64,000 nucleotides of DNA from Terriglobia bacterium. Lineage in GTDB: Bacteria; Acidobacteriota; Polarisedimenticolia; Polarisedimenticolales; JAIQFR01. Below, piece by piece: positions 57,940 to 64,000 of the stretch. Where the stretch lies: assembly GCA_963748015.1 (NCBI GenBank), contig CAVVHE010000009.1:416001-480000 (forward strand), in the 5' to 3' direction. The position numbers and the translations under genes are program-made. Each line of letters starts with the position of its first letter. Position 1 is the stretch's first letter. Below the pieces are notes generated by a model. That model ran no database searches. It was not told where the DNA came from and saw nothing but the letters and a program-made list of their open reading frames with translations.

Positions 57940-60885
57940 GTGGCCGAGCGGGACGGGCAAGACGCGAGTGCCGAGGGGGGAGCCGGCCGGGCGGCTTGGC
58001 CGCCGGCGCCGCTAGCCGCCGCGTTCTTCCTGTCGGGGGCGTCGGCGCTCGTCTACGAGCTGCTCTGGTTTCGCCTGCTCGGGCACGTCCTCGGCTCGAC
58101 GGCGACCGCGACCTCGACCCTCCTCGCGGCCTACCTCTTCGGCCTCGGCCTCGGCGCCTGGATCTTCGGGCGCCTCTCGGACCGGGCGGGGAGGCGGCTC
58201 GCCGTCCTCTACGTCGCGATCGAGATCGGGATCGGCCTCTACGGCGTCGCCTCGAGCTGGCTCCTGGAGCGCGGCAGCGCCCTCTACGCCCTCGGGCACG
58301 CCTGGGCAGGGGAATCGCCCGGCAAGCTCCTGCTCGCGCGCTTCGCGGTCTCGTTCGTGCTGGTGGCGATACCGACGACGCTGATGGGCGGGACGTTCCC
58401 GCTGATGGTCCACCTGCTGCGCGCGCGGCGCGTGGACGTGGGGCGCGCCGCCGGGCGGGCCTACGCGATCAACACGGCCGGGGCCGCCGCCGGCGTCCTG
58501 GGGCTTCCCTTCGCCCTGCTGCCCGCCCTGGGCGTGACCCTCTCGCTCGCCGCGGCCGCCGCCGGCAACCTCGCGGCCGCCGCCTGCGCCTGGCTCTACG
58601 CCAGGGGAGCGGGGCTGCTCGGCGCCGCCGCGGGGGCGGGCGATGCCGCGCCGGCCGAGGGGACCGACGCGACGGGGCCCGCGCCGGCCCTCACGGGCCG
58701 CGCCTGGCTCGTCCTCCTCGGCTTCTTCCTCTCGTCCGCCGCCTCGCTCGCCCTCGAGACGGTCTGGACCCGCCACCTCGGCTTCTTCTTCGGCTCGCAG
58801 ATCTACACCTTCGCGTTCGTGCTCCTCGCCTACCTCGCGGGGCTGTTCCTCGGCGGCGCCCTCTACGCGCGCGCCTCGGCCCGCGGCCGGCAGCCCGCGT
58901 CCGTCCTCGTCGCGGGGCTGCTCCTCGCCGCGGCTTCCGTCGCGCTGCCGCTGCCGTTCCTCGACCGCTTCCCGATCCCGCAGATCCGGCTGATGATCGC
59001 GGTCGGGGTCTCGCACGGCTCGTTCCTCTGGACGAGCGCCCTCGCGACCGTCGTGCTGATCCTCCCCGCGGCAATCGGCTTCGGCCTCGTCTTCCCCGCG
59101 GTCGTGGACCTCCTCGCGCGCACCGGGCGCCGCGCGGGGGAAAGCGTCGGGGCCGCGTACGTCGTGAACACGCTGGGGACGACGCTCGGCGCCCTCGCGG
59201 CCGGCTTCGTCCTCGTGCCGCGCCTCGGCACGCAGCGCACCCTCGAGCTCTCGGTTCTCCTCGTCGCCGCCGCCGCGGCGCTGACCTGGGCCGCCGCCGC
59301 CGGCCCGTCCCGCCCGCGCCCCGCGCTCCGCTGGGGGCTGCCCGCCGTGTTCCTGGCCGTGCTGTTCCTGCCGCGCTGGGACTGGAGGTTCGCGCACGCC
59401 TCGTACGCGAAGAACCCGCTCCTCTTCGTCCAGCGGTGGACGGACGGCTCGATCTGGCGCGAGGTCGCGGCGCGCAGGATCCTCTACTTCGCCGAGGGGA
59501 CCGAGGCGACGGTCACGGTCGCCGAGGGCGGCGGCGGTTCGCGGGCGCTGTTCGTCAACGGCAAGGTGGACGCCTCGAACAGCCCCGGCGACATGGTGGC
59601 GCAGCGCCTGCTGGCGCTGGTCCCGGCGCTCTTCCACCCGGATCCCAAGCGCGCGCTCGTCATCGGGGTCGGCTCGGGGACCACGGTCGCGACCCTCGCG
59701 CGGTTCCCGCTCGAGTCGATCGACGCCGCGGAGATCTCCCCCGAGGTCTCCGACGCGGCGAAGGGCTACTTCGCCGACGTCAACGAGAAGATCTTCTCGG
59801 ACCCGCGCGTGAGGCTGCGCCTCGACGACGGGCGGAACTTCCTCCATTTCCAGCCGCCGGCGTCGTACGACCTCATCATCAGCGAGCCGTCGAACCCGTG
59901 GATGGCCGGCGCGTCGGGGCTCTTCACCGACGAGTTCTTCCGCGACGCGAAGGACAAGCTCGAGCCCGGCGGCGTCTTCTGCCAGTGGTTCCACTTCTAC
60001 AACATGTCGTGGGAGCACATCCGGCTGCTGATGCGCACGTTCGTGCGGCACTTCCCCGAGACCGCCGTCTTCGCGCTGCGCGGCGGCAGCGTGACCGGCG
60101 ACATCCTGGTGATCGGCACGAACGGTCCGATGCGGATGCACCGCCTCCCCGGCGACCCGTCGCTGCCGAAGGCCGTGCGGGAGGGGTTCGCCGAGGTGAA
60201 CAACGGCTCGCCGCAGCAGCTCCTGAGCGGCCTCGTCGCGGTGCCCGCCGACGTCGCGGCGATCGGCGGCGACGGCCCGATCAACACGGACGACCGGCCG
60301 ATCCTCGAGCTCGAGGCCCCCGGCGACCGCTTCACCGCCCCGCTCATGGCGAACCTCGATCAGCTGTTGAAGCGGGCCGAGCGGTCGTTCCTGCCCGCGC
60401 GCCTCGCTCCCGAGGTCGTGCCCGCGGAGATCGAGCTCGCGGCGGACGGCTTCGCGCTGCCGCGCGGGCTCCCGCCCGGGAGCGAGGCGCGTCGCGGCGT
60501 CATGGTCCTCCGGTACGCGCGCCCGGGCGGGCGCGACGCGAGCCGTTTCCTGCTGCTCGGGCGGGAGTTCGAGGACGGACCGGCCGCGACCGGCATCTGG
60601 CGGCTCGGCCGCTCGGCGCAGGGGATGGACGAGGTCGCCGACGTGGCGGCGGCGCTCGCCGGTCCCGCGCGGATCGAAGCGTCGGGGGCCGTGACGGTCG
60701 AGGGCCACCCGGGAGCGTGGGTCGCCTCGACGGACGGCTCGAGCCGGATCGTGGCGGTGGGGTGGATCTGCCCGGCGCGCGGCGGCGTCTACCTGCTCAC
60801 GCGCCGCCTCCCGTCCGCCGGGGCGCCCTCGCCGCAGGAGCTCGCCGCGGACCTGGCGGCCCGCTTCCCCTGCGCTCATCGGTAG
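57940..60885 (+). CDS. Fused membrane (MFS-like)/spermidine synthase-like protein
   Basis: FFLSG...LVYE..W, PTTLMGGTFP, YAINT.G, VIGVGSGTT, DDGRNFL, YDLIISEPSNPW. Confidence 0.9.
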   Translation: MAERDGQDASAEGGAGRAAWPPAPLAAAFFLSGASALVYELLWFRLLGHVLGSTATATSTLLAAYLFGLGLGAWIFGRLSDRAGRRLAVLYVAIEIGIGLYGVASSWLLERGSALYALGHAWAGESPGKLLLARFAVSFVLVAIPTTLMGGTFPLMVHLLRARRVDVGRAAGRAYAINTAGAAAGVLGLPFALLPALGVTLSLAAAAAGNLAAAACAWLYARGAGLLGAAAGAGDAAPAEGTDATGPAPALTGRAWLVLLGFFLSSAASLALETVWTRHLGFFFGSQIYTFAFVLLAYLAGLFLGGALYARASARGRQPASVLVAGLLLAAASVALPLPFLDRFPIPQIRLMIAVGVSHGSFLWTSALATVVLILPAAIGFGLVFPAVVDLLARTGRRAGESVGAAYVVNTLGTTLGALAAGFVLVPRLGTQRTLELSVLLVAAAAALTWAAAAGPSRPRPALRWGLPAVFLAVLFLPRWDWRFAHASYAKNPLLFVQRWTDGSIWREVAARRILYFAEGTEATVTVAEGGGGSRALFVNGKVDASNSPGDMVAQRLLALVPALFHPDPKRALVIGVGSGTTVATLARFPLESIDAAEISPEVSDAAKGYFADVNEKIFSDPRVRLRLDDGRNFLHFQPPASYDLIISEPSNPWMAGASGLFTDEFFRDAKDKLEPGGVFCQWFHFYNMSWEHIRLLMRTFVRHFPETAVFALRGGSVTGDILVIGTNGPMRMHRLPGDPSLPKAVREGFAEVNNGSPQQLLSGLVAVPADVAAIGGDGPINTDDRPILELEAPGDRFTAPLMANLDQLLKRAERSFLPARLAPEVVPAEIELAADGFALPRGLPPGSEARRGVMVLRYARPGGRDASRFLLLGREFEDGPAATGIWRLGRSAQGMDEVADVAAALAGPARIEASGAVTVEGHPGAWVASTDGSSRIVAVGWICPARGGVYLLTRRLPSAGAPSPQELAADLAARFPCAHR

Positions 60886-60890
60886 AAACG

Positions 60891-60925
60891 AAAAAGGGAC
60901 AGCAACCGGCGAAGGTTGCTGTCCC
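60891..60925 (-). terminator. Rho-independent terminator between convergent genes
   Basis: GGGACAGCAACC-GGCGAA-GGTTGCTGTCCC hairpin with AAAAA on the left (U-tract on minus strand). Confidence 0.8.
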
Positions 60926-60949
60926 TCGTTCTAAGTTCTTGAAGCGGAA

Positions 60950-61411
60950 TCAGGCCTTGGTGGCCTTCGCGCCGGCCTTGTGGTTGCAGCCGCCGGCCTC
61001 GCCGGTCTTCATGCAGCCGCCCTTGGCCATCTCGGCCACGGCGGTCTGCAGCTTCGCGACGTCGTCCTTGGAGCTGGCGGTCAGCGTCACGACCACGCCC
61101 TTGTCGGTGTTCTCGACCTTGTGGCTCCACGCGGCATTCGCCATGGGGCAGTCGGGGCCGCAGCCCTTCTTGGACTCGTCGGCGACGTGGGCCTGAAGGG
61201 TCTTCACCATCTCGGGATCGCCGGCCGTCATCTCGATCCGCGCGCCATTGTCCGTGTTGGTGACCGTCTTCTCGACGCCCTTCATCATGGCGGAGCAGTC
61301 ATGGCCCGAGGAAGCGGCCATCGCGCCGTGCTTGCCGCAACCCTCGCAGGCCGAGGCAACCGGGGCGGCGATCAAAGCGGCCAGAACGAAAAGCAGCAGG
61401 AAACGCTTCAT
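60950..61411 (-). CDS. Small secreted Cys/His-rich protein with an internal duplication
   Basis: Signal peptide; two V.NTD.G.....TA......V..LQ repeats. Confidence 0.8.
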   Translation of the reverse strand: MKRFLLLFVLAALIAAPVASACEGCGKHGAMAASSGHDCSAMMKGVEKTVTNTDNGARIEMTAGDPEMVKTLQAHVADESKKGCGPDCPMANAAWSHKVENTDKGVVVTLTASSKDDVAKLQTAVAEMAKGGCMKTGEAGGCNHKAGAKATKA

Positions 61412-61702
61412 GGAAAATTCCTCCCCATCGACCTTGCGTTCGCGCTTTCAGGTTTCACGCCGGGCCGGGAGCGCGACGTTTCCACGGCCGGTCGTCAAAT
61501 CGACAACCCGTTACTTGTACCACGGGATGCCGCCGGGGGCCACCCGATGGCGGCCGCCTACTGGCGCCTCGATTGACACGGCTCCTATTGAGGACCATAC
61601 TTGTCCTGTTTGCGAAAGGCGCCCCGGCGGGCCGGGCGTTCGGCGGCCGCGTTCGTGCACCGTGGAAGGACAACTCGATGAGCCACACACCTCGGAGCCA
61701 CC

Positions 61703-64000
61703 ATGTCTCCTGACAACCGCTCGATAACCCTGGTACCCGGAACGCGCCTCGGCCCCTACGAGATCCACTCGCCGCTGGGCGCCGGGGGGATGGGGGAGGT
61801 CTACCGGGCGAAGGACACACGGCTCGGGCGCGACGTCGCGGTCAAGGTCTTGCCCTCGCACCGGGCGGGGAGCCCCGAGATGCGCGAGCGCTTCGATCGC
61901 GAGGCGCGGGCGATCTCGAGCCTGAACCATCCCCACATCTGCACGCTCCACGACATCGGGTCTCACGACGGCACCGACTACCTCGTCATGGAGGTCGTGG
62001 ACGGCGAGACGCTCGCTTCGCGCCTGGAGCGCGGACCGCTGAAGCTCGACGAGGCGCTCCGGGTCGCCGTCCAGGTCGCCGGCGGCCTCGCCGCCGCCCA
62101 TCGCCAGGGGATCGTCCACCGCGACCTCAAGCCCGCGAACGTGATGCTCACCCGGACGGGTGCCAAGATCCTCGACTTCGGCGTGGCGAAGCTGCGCGAC
62201 GAGGCCGCGTCGGACCAGACCGCCCCGGGCTCGCTTCCCGCCGCCATCCCGACCCGGACGACGCCGCTCACGACCCAGGGCGCGCTCATCGGCACGATGC
62301 AGTACATGTCTCCCGAGCAGCTCGAGGGGAAGCCGGCGGACCATCGGGCCGACCTGTTCGCGTTCGGGGCGGTGCTGTACGAGGCGCTCACCGGCAAGCC
62401 CGCGTTCGAGGGATCGAGCCAGGCGAGCGTGATCGCCGCGATCCTGGGGCGCGAGCCGCGGCCCCTCTCCGAGCTCGTGCCCACGAGCCCCGCCGCACTC
62501 GACCGCGCGATCCGGCGCTGCCTGGCCAAGGACCCCGACGAGCGCTGGCAGAGCGCGCTCGATCTCCAGAGCGAGCTGGAGTGGCTGTCCGGCGGGAGCG
62601 TGTCATCGGGCGCGCCGGCGGCAACGGCACCGGCGATCTCGCGGCGCTCGAGGTCCCTCCCGGCGATCTGGGCGGCCACGCTGATCGCCGTCGCCGCCGC
62701 GATGCTCGGCCTCGGCTGGAAGCTGAATCGCCCCGCCGCCCCGCCGGTGCTCCGATCGAGCATCGTGCTGCCGGCCGGGACCCTCCTCGACAGCGACAAC
62801 GCCTCGATCGCGCTCTCGCACGACGGGAGCCGGCTGGCCTACGTCGCGCGGGAAGCGGGGGGGCCGACGAGAATCTGGGTGCGTCCGCTCAACGGCCTCG
62901 TCGCCCAGCCGCTCGCCGGGACCGAGGGGGCGACCTATCCGACCTGGTCGCCCGACGGAATCCACCTCGCGTTCTTCGCGGACAAGAAGCTCAAGAAGGT
63001 CCCGGCGTCCGGCGGCCCGGTGCAGGCGATCTGCCCGGCCGAGGAGGGCCGCGGCGCGAGCTGGGGCGACGGAGACGTGATCGTCTTCGCCCCGTCCGTC
63101 TTCGGGGGCCTGATGAAGGTGCCGGCCTCCGGCGGCACCCCCACCCCGCTGACGACTGCCGCGGGGGACACGATCTCGCATCGCAATCCGCACTTCCTTC
63201 CCGGCGGCAAGCAGGTGCTCTATTTCGCCGGCAAGCCAGGACCCGATCCCGAGAACGGCGTCTTCCGCGTGGACCTCGCCACCCAGCGATCCGAGCTGGT
63301 CCTGCGCGCGGAGAGCGCGGCGACGTACGTCGAGCCCGGCTACCTGGTGTTCGTGCGAGACCTCAACCTCCTGGCCCAGCCGTTCGATTCCTCCTCGCTG
63401 CGCCTCTCCGGCGAGGCGGTGCCGATCGCGGAGAAGGTCCAGTACAACGCGTTCCGGCGGACCGGCACCTACGCCCTGTCCGACACCGGCCTGCTCCTCT
63501 CGCTGAGCGACTCGATCCAGCGCGAGACGCAGCTCACGTGGTTCGACCTCGACGGCAAGGTCGTCAGCACGGTCGGCCAGCCGGCGATGTTCTGGAATCA
63601 GCTCAGCATGTCCCCCGACGACCGCCGGGCGGTCGCGAGCGTGCGTCAGCCCGAGGGGAGGAGCGATCTCTGGACGTACGACCTGGGACGCGGCGTCGGG
63701 AGCAAGATCACGTTCGGCGAGACGAACGGCGTGACGGCGGTCTGGTCGCCCGACGGTCGTCAGGTGGCGTACGACGACGGCGCGGGCTTCCTGTGGATCA
63801 AGTCCGCAGACGGGACATCCGCTCCGCGCAAGCTGAACCAGCAAACCCTCGGAACGGCCACACCCGCCGCCTGGACTCCCGACGGCTCCCGGATCGTCTT
63901 CAGCATCAACTCGGGCAAGACGGGCCAGGACGTGCTCGTCATGCCCGTCAACGGAGACGGCAAGCCCTCGCCGCTCCTCGTCACGGCGGCCAACGAGTTC
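61703..64000 (+). CDS. Hanks-type Ser/Thr protein kinase with TolB-like beta-propeller, 3'-truncated by the window edge
   Basis: GTRLGPYEI..LGAGGMGEVY, VAVKVL, HRDLKPAN, ILDFG, GTMQYMSPEQ; WSPDG repeats; no stop before window end, hence absent from the ORF track. Confidence 0.95.
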   Translation, partial: MSPDNRSITLVPGTRLGPYEIHSPLGAGGMGEVYRAKDTRLGRDVAVKVLPSHRAGSPEMRERFDREARAISSLNHPHICTLHDIGSHDGTDYLVMEVVDGETLASRLERGPLKLDEALRVAVQVAGGLAAAHRQGIVHRDLKPANVMLTRTGAKILDFGVAKLRDEAASDQTAPGSLPAAIPTRTTPLTTQGALIGTMQYMSPEQLEGKPADHRADLFAFGAVLYEALTGKPAFEGSSQASVIAAILGREPRPLSELVPTSPAALDRAIRRCLAKDPDERWQSALDLQSELEWLSGGSVSSGAPAATAPAISRRSRSLPAIWAATLIAVAAAMLGLGWKLNRPAAPPVLRSSIVLPAGTLLDSDNASIALSHDGSRLAYVAREAGGPTRIWVRPLNGLVAQPLAGTEGATYPTWSPDGIHLAFFADKKLKKVPASGGPVQAICPAEEGRGASWGDGDVIVFAPSVFGGLMKVPASGGTPTPLTTAAGDTISHRNPHFLPGGKQVLYFAGKPGPDPENGVFRVDLATQRSELVLRAESAATYVEPGYLVFVRDLNLLAQPFDSSSLRLSGEAVPIAEKVQYNAFRRTGTYALSDTGLLLSLSDSIQRETQLTWFDLDGKVVSTVGQPAMFWNQLSMSPDDRRAVASVRQPEGRSDLWTYDLGRGVGSKITFGETNGVTAVWSPDGRQVAYDDGAGFLWIKSADGTSAPRKLNQQTLGTATPAAWTPDGSRIVFSINSGKTGQDVLVMPVNGDGKPSPLLVTAANEF

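Overview
High-GC bacterial chromosomal window. The gene content (SpoIIE-type phosphatase, Ser/Thr kinase with beta-propeller, TPR glycosyltransferases, M14/FN3 protein) is suggestive of Acidobacteriota; this is inference. No rRNA, tRNA or CRISPR array was seen. Main blocks: (i) a decayed integron-cassette-like array with attC/core sites and no integrase (~7.4-9.2 kb); (ii) a five-gene glycan-degradation operon (GH20, clan GH-A hydrolase, CutC, Png1-like transglutaminase-fold protein, GH38-like; 9.5-21.1 kb); (iii) two selenoproteins that the ORF track splits at in-frame UGA codons: a Sec-rhodanese fused to a K+ channel pore with a clear SECIS-like hairpin, and a UxxC thioredoxin-TPR lipoprotein, divergent from a multiheme cytochrome/Fe-S/NrfD module (31.3-37.7 kb); (iv) an ARPP-1-like gene with a divergent XRE/S24-type regulator and visible operators; (v) a toxin-antitoxin/defence-like island (48.4-56.7 kb) containing a single-gene NDT-like(no catalytic Glu)-ATP-cone-coiled-coil-RelE-like protein, HIT+HNH, an Ogg-like glycosylase and a PARG-like macrodomain; (vi) four intergenic copies of a covarying nested-hairpin repeat with a G(T/G/C)AG tag. 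Several single-base frameshifts look like assembly indels. All family calls are from motif recognition by eye, not database searches.
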